A stretch of 63,983 nt of DNA, counting the filler, from Malassezia furfur (Eukaryota), in the NCBI GenBank assembly GCA_052055015.1. It is 10 parts of 10 records of this genome, joined end to end, with 100 filler letters (N's around TTAATTAATTAA, not from the genome) between each part and the next. Parts side by side here need not be neighbours in the genome. Positions count along the whole stretch, not along the records: positions 6,735 to 13,361 come from JBQJIT010000534.1; positions 13,462 to 20,052 come from JBQJIT010000535.1; positions 20,153 to 26,735 come from JBQJIT010000536.1; 7 more parts are not named here. One strand, written 5' to 3'. Within the stretch, counting starts at the first letter, position 1; each line of letters begins with the position of its first letter. The notes under the pieces were generated by a model. The model saw only the letters and a list, made by a program, of their open reading frames with translations. It was not told where the DNA came from and ran no database searches. Positions 11,371 through 20,278 of this stretch are shown piece after piece. Both the position numbers and the translations under genes were made by a program.

Positions 11371-13361
11371 ATGGCAGCCCCGCCGAGAACCCGTCCACAG
11401 GCCGCGCCGCGCGCTCCGTTAGTACGCGCGCCGCAGCAGGTGGCACGACCGACGCCGCGGGCACCGGCATCTGCGCCGCGACACCAGCCGCAGCCGAGCG
11501 TGGCCGCAGCGTCGTCGCTGTTTGGCGAAGCGCCGAGCAGCAATGCGTTCGGCATGACCAAGTCGCCCACTTGGCTCGAGTCGCTGGACGAGCATGCACA
11601 AAACGCCAGCTTGGATGCGGCGGTGAGCCAGGCGCCCATGCACGCTGCGCCGCAGCAGGACGGCGCCGCGCACGACGCGCAACCCGCCTGGGACCAGCAA
11701 GGCTACCAGCACCAGGCCGGGCAGTACGATGCCTATGGCGCGCCGGCGCCCCAGGAGGGGTATGTGGACGACGCCGCGTATGCGCAGTATGACCAGGGCA
11801 TCGACGCACAGCAAGGCGCGTATGCACAGCCGGAAAACGAGGGGTTCGTCGACGATGCGCAATACGACCAGTACCTGGACGACGCGCAGTACGACCAGTA
11901 CGGCACGTATGGCGGTGCCGAGCAAGGCCAGGACCAAGGGTACAATGACTGGTATGCGCACGAACAAGCGCAAGGTCAGCAGGGGCCGGTGCAAGGCCTC
12001 GGTGTCGACATCGGCGAGCAGAACCCCGCATATACGTACAACGACGAGTACGCCGGCGACGGGTACGCACAGGGTGCGGGCGAGTACGATTACGGGTACG
12101 ACCAGCAGCAGGGTGCCGACGATGGTTTCCTGGACCCGTCGCAGTACGAGACGGAATTTGACCAGGCCTGGGGTCAAGAAGGCGAGGCCGGTGCGCCAAC
12201 GACGTACGAGCAGGACCAGGCGCAGGGCGAGCAGCCTGCGGATGCGTATGCCCAGGGCGAGCAGGCGCAGGACCAGTACGCCCAGGGCGAGTATGCGCAG
12301 GATGGCGCCTACGACCAGGGCGACTATGCTCAGGAGGGTGACTATGCTCAGGGCGAGTATACCCAGGAGGGTGACTATGCTCAGGGCGAATATGCTCAGG
12401 GCGAATATGCTCAAGAGGGCGATTATGCTCAGGGCGAATATGCTCAGGGCGAATATGCTCAGGAGGGCGACTATGCGCAGGGCGACTACGCTCAAGGCGA
12501 CTATGCTCAGGACGGCGCCTACGACCAGGGCGAGTATGCCCAGGAGGGCGACTATGCGCAGGGTGAATACGCCCAAGAGGGCGACTACGCCCAGGGCGAG
12601 TATGCCGAGGGCGACTACGCTCAGGAGGGCGAGTATGCGCAGGACGCGTATGCCGAGGGCGACTACGCCCAGGGCGACTACGCTCAAGATGCCTACGCTC
12701 AGGGCGAGTATGCCGGCGAGTATGCCCAGGAGGGAGAGTATCCTGCTGGCGAGTACGCGCAAGAGGGCGAGTTCCTGCCCGAGGACGAGTATGCCGCCGA
12801 AGGCGAGTATGCTCAGGAGAGTACGGCGCCTGCCGGCCAGGCACAGGACGAGTACGCTCCGGAAGGCGCCTATGCTGCCGACTACGCCCAAGACGTCACG
12901 TACACCGACGACCTCGGCTACGGTGCGCAAGACGCGGCTGCCGGACAAGACGGCGGCGATGCGTACGCGCCAGAGAGCGCCGCTCAGCCGGCATACGACG
13001 AGCCTGCTGCGGAAGCGCCGCATGCGCCCGAGCCTGTGTCCGAGCCTGTGCTCAAGCCTGTGCCGGAACCGGTGGCAGCGCCGCCGCCGGCCACGTCCAT
13101 GCCGCCGCCACGCGGTCCGCCGCGTGGTCCTCCGCGCGGTCCACCGCGCGGCACGGCGCGGCCCTTGAAGGAAGAGACGCCGCAGCGGGTGCAGAACCTG
13201 TTCAACCCGTCGCCCCGTGTCCCTAGCGAGGCGAGCGACAGCAGCGTCAAGGACAAGGAGGCCAGGCTTGCGTCACCCGCACCGCCCGCCGTGCCGCGTG
13301 CACCGACGGGCCCTGCATCGAGGCAGCGGCCCCCGCTTGGTGCGCCGCCCAAGGCGCAGCC
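11371..13361 (+). CDS. Large low-complexity acidic Tyr/Gln-rich protein, 3'-partial; identity unknown (could be the disordered N-terminus of a Sec16-like scaffold)
   Basis: Long open frame from ATG 11371 to the contig end with typical codon usage; G[DE]YAQ repeats followed by PPRG repeats. Confidence 0.6.
12241..12820 (+). repeat. Coding tandem repeat of about 15/18-nt units encoding (E)G[DE]YAQ
   Basis: Many imperfect copies of ggcga[cg]ta[ct]gc[tcg]cag(gag) with synonymous variation. Confidence 0.9.
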
Positions 13362-13478
13362 NNNNNNNNNNNNNNNNNNNNNNNNNNNNNNNNNNNNNNN
13401 NNNNNTTAATTAATTAANNNNNNNNNNNNNNNNNNNNNNNNNNNNNNNNNNNNNNNNNNNNTTCTGCTGCTGCCCGAC

Positions 13479-14504
13479 ATGCCGCCGGTGAGCGCGTCGC
13501 AGGTGCGCAAAGCGACCAAGAAGAGCAGCTCGGCGCGTCCGCCGAGTGCCGAGGCGCGTCCAACAAAGTCGGTGAGCGCCGCTGTGCCCAAGCCCACGAA
13601 AGAGGCGCCGGCTGCCGCCGCGCCCAAGGCGAAGAAGCGCCGCGCCGAGGCGCCGGCCGCCAAGGCCGCGCCGCTGATTGCCGGCAAGGTGGATTCCGCG
13701 CAGGCGCTCAAGGCGTTCAAGGCGCTTGCGGCGTATACGGAGCGCCGCACGAGTGCGCAGGCGAACGAGCTGCCGCTCGACGGTGCCGGCGCCGGCAAGG
13801 ATGCCGACCGCACCGTGTGGCTCCAGGTGACGATCAAGGAGCTGAACCCCCACCGCAAGGTGAAGCCTGCGCGCATCCCGCTGGCGCACCCGCTGTTGGA
13901 CGAGCAGGCGTCGGTGTGTCTGCTGGTGAAGGATCCTCAGCGCGAGTACAAAGAGCTGCTGCGGGAGAAGAACATTACGTCGATCAGCCGCGTGGTCGGC
14001 GTCGAGAAGCTCAAGGGCAAGTTCCGTCCGTTTGATGCGCGCCGTGAGCTGGTGCGTGACCACGACCTGTTTTTGGCGGACGACCGGATCGTACCGCTGC
14101 TGCCGAAGCTGTGCGGGAGCGTCTTTTACAAGGACCGCAAGTTCCCCGTGCCGGTGGATGTGACGAACAAGAAGCAGCTCGCGCAGTCGTTTGCCTCGGC
14201 GATCGCCTCGACCTACTTTTTGCAGAACAAGGGCTCGTGCACCTCGATCAAGATTGGGTTCCTGGGCCGGCACACGCCGCAGGAGCTCGTGGAGAACCTG
14301 ACGGCGGCGCTGCCGCAGGTCGTCAGCAAGCTGCAGGGCAAGTGGAGCAACGTGCAGAACATCGAGGTGAAGACGGGCCGCAGTGCCGCGCTCCCGATCT
14401 GGAACTGCAAGCTGGCCGAGGGCGAGGGCGACGACGTGCGGTGGGCGCCGGCGGAGGCGATGGACGAGGACGAGGGCGAGGACGAGGACGAGGACGAGGC
14501 GTGA
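13479..14504 (+). CDS. Ribosomal L1 domain nucleolar protein (Cic1/Utp30/RSL1D1 family), copy A
   Basis: IPLAHPL...VCLLVKDPQREYKELL...KLKGKFRPFDARRELVRDHDLFLADDRIVPLLPKLCG..FY...KFPVPV...KTGRSAALPIW. Confidence 0.9.
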   Translation: MPPVSASQVRKATKKSSSARPPSAEARPTKSVSAAVPKPTKEAPAAAAPKAKKRRAEAPAAKAAPLIAGKVDSAQALKAFKALAAYTERRTSAQANELPLDGAGAGKDADRTVWLQVTIKELNPHRKVKPARIPLAHPLLDEQASVCLLVKDPQREYKELLREKNITSISRVVGVEKLKGKFRPFDARRELVRDHDLFLADDRIVPLLPKLCGSVFYKDRKFPVPVDVTNKKQLAQSFASAIASTYFLQNKGSCTSIKIGFLGRHTPQELVENLTAALPQVVSKLQGKWSNVQNIEVKTGRSAALPIWNCKLAEGEGDDVRWAPAEAMDEDEGEDEDEDEA

Positions 14505-14579
14505 TTCGTAGGGGTTCGTGAGGCGCAGAATGCGGAAGAAAACGAATGCATATTCATATTATTCTATAGATACAGGCAA

Positions 14580-16760
14580 CTACGCCGAGGTCGAGTCGTC
14601 CGTGAGCCAGATGTGGCTGCTGAGCTTCTCGGGGGCGGTGCGTGGGAGCGCCTGCCACTCGGGCGTGTCTTCGGTGTCGGTGCCCTCGGTCCAGCGGCGC
14701 CAGGCTTCCTGGTAGCCGGCCTCGAGCGCGCGCGTCCAGCCGCGTGTGTCGAACAGGGGGCACTTGTCGCGGCGGTCGCGTGCGAGGAAGAGGCGGCGGC
14801 GCAGGTCCATCAGCTCGCCGTGCCCGCGGCGGAAGAGCGTGGGGGTGTCGCGGTAGGGCGGGTGCGAGGCGACCTGCATGGTGCCCTTGACGGTCTGCTC
14901 GGTGCACTTGACCGTGAGCATGTTGTCGGTGAGCTGGCTGGGCGGCACGTCCTGGATGGGGTGGTCGACGGTGCGGCGGTCGATGCGGCCGCTGGGCTCG
15001 CTCGACACCTCTTCGTAGGTGTAGTGGATGGACTGCGCGAGCTCCACGGCGCGATCGACGTACGCCTCCTCGCTGTGCACCACCAGCCGCTCGTCGATGC
15101 CGGCGGCGTGCAGGATGGAGGCGGCGACGCGCGAGCACATCTTGAACACGTACTTGGGCCACGTGAGCAGCGGCGTGCCGGACCAGAGGATGTCGGCGGC
15201 GGTGGTGTGCGCGTTGCACTCGTTCGTGTCGAGGAACAGGTCGGCGATGCGCCCGCGGTAGATGTGGATGTGCTTCGGCGCGACGTCGGTGAACAGCACG
15301 CGCTTGGCCACGTCCGGCCCCGCGTGCTCGGTGGCAAACTGGTGGAGGTGCGCCTCGCCCGAGGCGGGGAAGCGCAGGAGCCACAGGATGCTCTTGGGCA
15401 CGCGCTCGAGGATGCGCAGCCACGCCTTGAACAGCTCCGGGTCCGTCTTGTACAGCTGGTTGAAGTGGGCGAAGATGACGTAGTCGTCGGGCAGCTCGGG
15501 GAACACCTCCTTGCGCATGCGCCAGCGGCGCATCTCCTCGCGCTCCCACACCTCGTCGTCTGGCGGCGAGGAGGGCACCGAGGGCGCCTGCGCGGTGGCG
15601 GCGCACGAGTCGTCCTTGTCGAGCGCCATGCCGTCGGTGCGTGCGTCGGTGTCGTGCTCGGCGCCGCGCGCGTTCTGCCGCTTGTGCTGCTGCTTGTCGG
15701 CCTCGTGGCGCTGCGAGTCTTCGCCGTCCTGCAGCATGCCCTTCTCCTCGTCGACCGACTGGATGCGGCGCTCCTCGGCGGGGTCGCGGAAGCCCTGTGC
15801 GTGGTCGTTGACAAAGTACGAGTGCGGCATGTAGATGATGCGCTCCGTGTACACCCAGTCCTCGCGCGTGTCCTCCGGGTCGAGGTCCGCGGCGAGGTCG
15901 GTGGCGTGCTCGGCAAACGTGCCCTGCGCGGCGTCGTACGGCTGCTCGCGCCACCGGTACGTCGACGTCATCGACGGCGGGCACACGATCGGGTCGACGA
16001 CAAGCCAGTCGATCCAGCCCGCGGCCATCTCGCCGGCAAAGCCCATAAACTGCATCTGCACCGGGCACGGCCGCGCGGCAAAGATGTCGTTGCGCGCGCC
16101 CTTGGTGTAGCCGTTGAGGTTCACGAGGATGTGCACCTGGTCGTGCTGGATCTGCTGCAGGATCTTCTCCGTGGGCCACGCCGAGACGTCCAAAAAGTGC
16201 TCCGCCTCCTGCTCGATCTTCTCGCGGTACGGCGAGTGGTCCGACGGCGTGGTGGCGTAGCAGTGGATGCCGAAGCGCCGCGTGTCGTGGAAGCCAAACA
16301 CGCTCTGCATGAGGTGCGCGAGCGGGTGGTTGTTGAAGTCGCTCGACACGTAGCCCACCTGGATGCGCCCGCCCGTGTGCGCCGGCGGCGGCGGCGGCGG
16401 ATAGACGTGGTGCGGCAGCCACATCTGCGACAGCACGCTGTACGACGTGCGCAGCGCGTTGCGGTGCGAGATGAGGCGCACCTGCCGCGGCGTCAGGGGG
16501 TAGGTGAACGTGTGGAACGGCAGCACCGTCGGGATGCTCGGGATCGGCAGGCACGGCGGCAGCGCGAGGCGCTCGCAGGCGTGCGTGTCGCCCTCGGTCG
16601 CGGTGTGCCGCGTGTACAGGTCGTGGTACCAGCGGTGCTGCGTGCGCCGCATGAGGCGCTCCATGAGGCGCAGCAGGAAGCCGCCCTCGTTGACGTGCGC
16701 CGCGGGGCGCTCCGCGTCCTGCTCCGCGTAGAACGGCTGGAGCTTGGCGGTCCAGCGCGC
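14580..16760 (-). CDS. OGT: O-GlcNAc transferase (GT41) catalytic half, copy A, 5'-truncated at the inversion junction
   Basis: GYVSSDFNNHPLAHLM, HILVNLNGYTKGARNDIFAARPCPVQMQFMGF, FNQLYK, LWLLRFP, DLFLDT.ECNAHTTAADILWSGTP, PLFDT; no TPR region present. Confidence 0.9.
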   Translation of the reverse strand, partial: ARWTAKLQPFYAEQDAERPAAHVNEGGFLLRLMERLMRRTQHRWYHDLYTRHTATEGDTHACERLALPPCLPIPSIPTVLPFHTFTYPLTPRQVRLISHRNALRTSYSVLSQMWLPHHVYPPPPPPAHTGGRIQVGYVSSDFNNHPLAHLMQSVFGFHDTRRFGIHCYATTPSDHSPYREKIEQEAEHFLDVSAWPTEKILQQIQHDQVHILVNLNGYTKGARNDIFAARPCPVQMQFMGFAGEMAAGWIDWLVVDPIVCPPSMTSTYRWREQPYDAAQGTFAEHATDLAADLDPEDTREDWVYTERIIYMPHSYFVNDHAQGFRDPAEERRIQSVDEEKGMLQDGEDSQRHEADKQQHKRQNARGAEHDTDARTDGMALDKDDSCAATAQAPSVPSSPPDDEVWEREEMRRWRMRKEVFPELPDDYVIFAHFNQLYKTDPELFKAWLRILERVPKSILWLLRFPASGEAHLHQFATEHAGPDVAKRVLFTDVAPKHIHIYRGRIADLFLDTNECNAHTTAADILWSGTPLLTWPKYVFKMCSRVAASILHAAGIDERLVVHSEEAYVDRAVELAQSIHYTYEEVSSEPSGRIDRRTVDHPIQDVPPSQLTDNMLTVKCTEQTVKGTMQVASHPPYRDTPTLFRRGHGELMDLRRRLFLARDRRDKCPLFDTRGWTRALEAGYQEAWRRWTEGTDTEDTPEWQALPRTAPEKLSSHIWLTDDSTSA

Positions 16761-18953
16761 GACGAGCAGCGCGCGCGCTGGACGGCCAAGCTCCGCCCGT
16801 TCTACGCGGAGGAGGGCGCCGGGCGCCCCGCGGCGCACGTGAACGAGGGCGGCTTCCTCCTGCGCATCATGGAGCGCCTCATGCGGCGCACGCAGCACCG
16901 CTGGTACCACGACCTGTACACGCGGCGCACCGCCACCGAGGGCGACACACGCGCGTACGAGCGCCTGGCGCTGCCGCCGTGCCTGCCGATCCCGAGCATC
17001 CCGACGGTGCTGCCGTTCCACACGTTCACGTACCCGCTGACGCCGCGGCAGGTGCGCCTCATCTCGCACCGCAACGCGCTGCGCACGTCGTACAGCGTGC
17101 TGTCGCAGATGTGGCTGCCGCACCACGTCTATCCGCCGCCGCCGCCGCCCGCGCACACGGGCGGGCGCATCCAGGTGGGGTACGTGTCGAGCGACTTCAA
17201 CAACCACCCGCTCGCGCACCTGATGCAGAGCGTGTTTGGCTTCCACGACACGCGGCGCTTCGGCATCCACTGCTACGCGACGACGCCGTCGGACCACTCG
17301 CCGTACCGCGAGAAGATCGAGCAGGAGGCGGAGCACTTCCTCGACGTGTCGGCGTGGCCCACGGAGAAGATCCTGCAGCAGATCCAGCACGACCAGGTGC
17401 ACATCCTCGTCAACCTCAACGGCTACACCAAGGGCGCGCGCAACGACATCTTTGCCGCGCGCCCGTGCCCGGTGCAGATGCAGTTCATGGGCTTTGCCGG
17501 CGAGATGGCCGCGGGCTGGATCGACTGGCTCGTCGTCGACCCGATCGTGTGCCCGCCGTCGATGACGTCGACGTACCGCTGGCGCGAGCGGCCGTACGAC
17601 GCGCAGCAGGGCACCTTTGCCGAGCACACCACGGACCTCGGCGCGGACCTCGACCCGGAGGACACGCGCGACGACTGGGTGTACACGGAGCGCATCATCT
17701 ACATGCCGCACTCGTACTTTGTCAACGACCACGCGCAGGGCTTCCGCGACCCCGCCGAGGGGCGCCGCATCCAGTCGGTGGACGAGGAGAAGGGCATGCT
17801 CCAGGACGGCGAGGACTCGCAGCGCCACGAGGCCGACAAGCAGCAGCACAAGCGCCAGAACGCGCGCGGCGCCGAGCACGACGCACACGCACGCGTCGAC
17901 GGCATGGCGCTCGACAAGGACGACTCGTGCGCCGCGACCACCCAGGCGCCCTCGGTGCCGAGCGCGCCGCCGGACGACGAGGTGTGGGAGCGCGAGGAGA
18001 TGCGCCGCTGGCGCATGCGCAAGGAGGTGTTCCCGGAGCTGCCGGACGACTACGTGATCTTCGCCGACTTCAACCAGCTGTACAAGACGGACCCGGAGCT
18101 GTTCAAGGCGTGGCTGCGCATCCTCGAGCGCGTGCCCAAGAGCATTTTGTGGCTGCTGCGCTTCCCCGCGTCGGGCGAGGCACACCTCCACCAGTTTGCC
18201 ACCGAGCACGCGGGGCCCGACGTGGCCAAGCGCGTGCTGTTCACCGACGTCGCGCCGAAGCACATCCACATCTACCGCGGGCGCATCGCCGACCTCTTCC
18301 TCGACACGAACGAGTGCAACGCGCACACCACCGCCGCCGACATCCTGTGGTCGGGCACGCCGCTGCTCACGTGGCCCAAGTACGTGTTCAAGATGTGCTC
18401 GCGCGTCGCCGCCTCCATCCTGCACGCCGCGGGCATCGACGAGCGCCTCGTCGTGCACAGCGAGGAGGCATATGTCGACCGCGCCGTCGAGCTCGCCAAC
18501 TCGATCCGCTACTCGTACGAAGAGGTCGCGAGCCAGCCCAACGGCCCCCCGGAGCGCCACGAGGTGCCCCACCCGATCCCCGACGTGCCGCCCAGCAAGC
18601 TCACCGACGAGATGCTCACGGTCAAGTGCACCGAGCAGACCGTCAAGGGCACGATGCAGGCCGCCTCGCACCCGCCCTACCCGCCGACGCCGAAGCTCAT
18701 CCGCCGCGGCCACGGCGAGCTGATGGACCTGCGCCGCCGCCTCTTCCTCGCGCGCGACCGCCGCGACAAGTGCCCGCTGTTCGACACACGCGGCTGGACG
18801 CGCGCCCTCGAGGCCGGCTACCAGGAAGCCTGGCGCCGCTGGACCGAGGGTACCGACACCGAGGACTCGCCCGAGTGGCAGGCGCTCCCACGCACCGCCC
18901 CCGAGAAGCTCAGCAGCCACATCTGGCTCACGGACGACTCGGCCGCGGCGTAG
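16761..18953 (+). CDS. OGT: O-GlcNAc transferase (GT41) catalytic half, copy B, 5'-truncated at the inversion junction
   Basis: Same motifs as copy A on the opposite strand; reads DEQRARWTAKL from the junction to TAG at 18951-18953. Confidence 0.9.
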   Translation, partial: DEQRARWTAKLRPFYAEEGAGRPAAHVNEGGFLLRIMERLMRRTQHRWYHDLYTRRTATEGDTRAYERLALPPCLPIPSIPTVLPFHTFTYPLTPRQVRLISHRNALRTSYSVLSQMWLPHHVYPPPPPPAHTGGRIQVGYVSSDFNNHPLAHLMQSVFGFHDTRRFGIHCYATTPSDHSPYREKIEQEAEHFLDVSAWPTEKILQQIQHDQVHILVNLNGYTKGARNDIFAARPCPVQMQFMGFAGEMAAGWIDWLVVDPIVCPPSMTSTYRWRERPYDAQQGTFAEHTTDLGADLDPEDTRDDWVYTERIIYMPHSYFVNDHAQGFRDPAEGRRIQSVDEEKGMLQDGEDSQRHEADKQQHKRQNARGAEHDAHARVDGMALDKDDSCAATTQAPSVPSAPPDDEVWEREEMRRWRMRKEVFPELPDDYVIFADFNQLYKTDPELFKAWLRILERVPKSILWLLRFPASGEAHLHQFATEHAGPDVAKRVLFTDVAPKHIHIYRGRIADLFLDTNECNAHTTAADILWSGTPLLTWPKYVFKMCSRVAASILHAAGIDERLVVHSEEAYVDRAVELANSIRYSYEEVASQPNGPPERHEVPHPIPDVPPSKLTDEMLTVKCTEQTVKGTMQAASHPPYPPTPKLIRRGHGELMDLRRRLFLARDRRDKCPLFDTRGWTRALEAGYQEAWRRWTEGTDTEDSPEWQALPRTAPEKLSSHIWLTDDSAAA

Positions 18954-19024
18954 TCGACTGTGTATATAGTATGCTTTCGTTTTCTTCGCGCACTTTGCGC
19001 CACTCTGTACTCTACTACGACGCA

Positions 19025-20035
19025 TCACGAATCCTCTGCCTCCTCCTCGTCCATCGCCTCCGCACGCGCCCACCGCACGTCGTCGCCCTCGCCCTCGGCC
19101 AGCTTGCAGTTCCAGATGGGCAGCGCGGCACTCCGGCCCGTCTTCACCTCGATGTTTTGCACGTTGCTCCACTTGCCCTGCAGCTTGCTGACGACCTGCG
19201 GCAGCGCCGCCGTCAGGTTCTCGACCAGCTCCTGCGGCGTGTGCCGGCCCAAAAACCCGATCTTGATCGAGGTGCACGACCCCTTGTTCTGCAGGAAGTA
19301 GGTAGAGGCAATCGCCGACGCAATCGCCTGCGCGAGCTGCTTCTTGTTCGTCACATCCACCGGCACGGGGAACTTGCGGTCCTTGTAGAACACACTCCCA
19401 CACAGCTTCGGCAGCAGCGGCACGATCCGGTCGTCCGCCAGGAACAAATCGTGGTCACGCACCAGCTCGCGGCGCGCGTCAAACGGACGGAACTTGCCTT
19501 TGAGCTTCTCGACGCCGACCACACGGCTGACCGACGTAATGTTCTTCTCCCGCAGCAGCTCCTTGTACTCGCGCTGAGGGTCCTTCACCAGCAGACACAC
19601 CGACGCCTGCTCGTCCAGCAGGGGGTGCGCCAGGGGGATGCGCGCAGGCTTCACCTTCCGGTGGGGGTTCAGCTCCTTGATCGTCACCTGGAGCCACACG
19701 GTGCGGTCCGCATCCTTCCCGGAGCCCGCGCCGTCGAGCGGCAGCTCGTTCGCCTGCGCACTCGCGCGGCGCTCCGTATACGCCGCAAGCGCCTTGAACG
19801 CCTTCAGCGCCTGCGCAGCGTCCACCTTGCCGGCAATCAGCGGCGCGGCCGGCGCGGCCGGCGCCTCAGCACGGCGCTTCTTGGGCTTCGGCGCCGGCGC
19901 GCCACGCACCTCCTTGGCCTGCGTGGGCTCAGCGACACTCGCCGACTTCTTCGGACGCGCCTCGGCGCTCGGCGCACGCACCGAGCTGCTCTTCTTCGTC
20001 GCTTTGCGCACCTGCGACGCGCTCACCGGCGGCAT
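19025..20035 (-). CDS. Ribosomal L1 domain nucleolar protein (Cic1/Utp30/RSL1D1 family), copy B
   Basis: Core nearly identical to 13479..14504; the N-terminal linker and acidic tail are diverged. Confidence 0.9.
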   Translation of the reverse strand: MPPVSASQVRKATKKSSSVRAPSAEARPKKSASVAEPTQAKEVRGAPAPKPKKRRAEAPAAPAAPLIAGKVDAAQALKAFKALAAYTERRASAQANELPLDGAGSGKDADRTVWLQVTIKELNPHRKVKPARIPLAHPLLDEQASVCLLVKDPQREYKELLREKNITSVSRVVGVEKLKGKFRPFDARRELVRDHDLFLADDRIVPLLPKLCGSVFYKDRKFPVPVDVTNKKQLAQAIASAIASTYFLQNKGSCTSIKIGFLGRHTPQELVENLTAALPQVVSKLQGKWSNVQNIEVKTGRSAALPIWNCKLAEGEGDDVRWARAEAMDEEEAEDS

Positions 20036-20278
20036 GTCGGGCAGCAGCAGAANNNNNNNNNNNNNNNNNNNNNNNNNNNNNNNNNNNNNNNNNNNNTTAA
20101 TTAATTAANNNNNNNNNNNNNNNNNNNNNNNNNNNNNNNNNNNNNNNNNNNNACGCCGAGCTGGCGGCGCTGCGCGACGAGGCGCAGGGCGCGGGCGACG
20201 ACGTGCCGGCCGAGGGCGGGCGGCGCTCGCGACGTAGAGACACAGCAGCATAGGCGGCTACAGACCTCGGTACCTACG

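Larger units (their letters stand above)
13462..20052. repeat. Contig-length diverged inverted repeat (arms 13462-16760 and 16773-20052, 12-nt spacer)
   Basis: The contig starts ttctgctgctgcccgacatg and ends with its exact reverse complement. Genes are mirrored around tccagcgcgc-gacgagcagcgc-gcgcgctgga, and the arms differ by many substitutions. Confidence 0.95.

Noticed and set aside
12241..12820. Regular short repeats resembling a CRISPR array
   Set aside because: No unique spacers, variation is at synonymous positions, the context is eukaryotic and there are no cas genes; it is a coding repeat.
14580..19403. 1607-aa and 1446-aa ORFs that look like novel OGT fusion proteins
   Set aside because: Their N-terminal halves are just the antisense reading of the other OGT copy across the inversion junction.
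20153..20253. Short coding-like fragments at contig edges (also 53177-53223 and 59906-60190)
   Set aside because: Too short to identify or to fix frame and strand with confidence.
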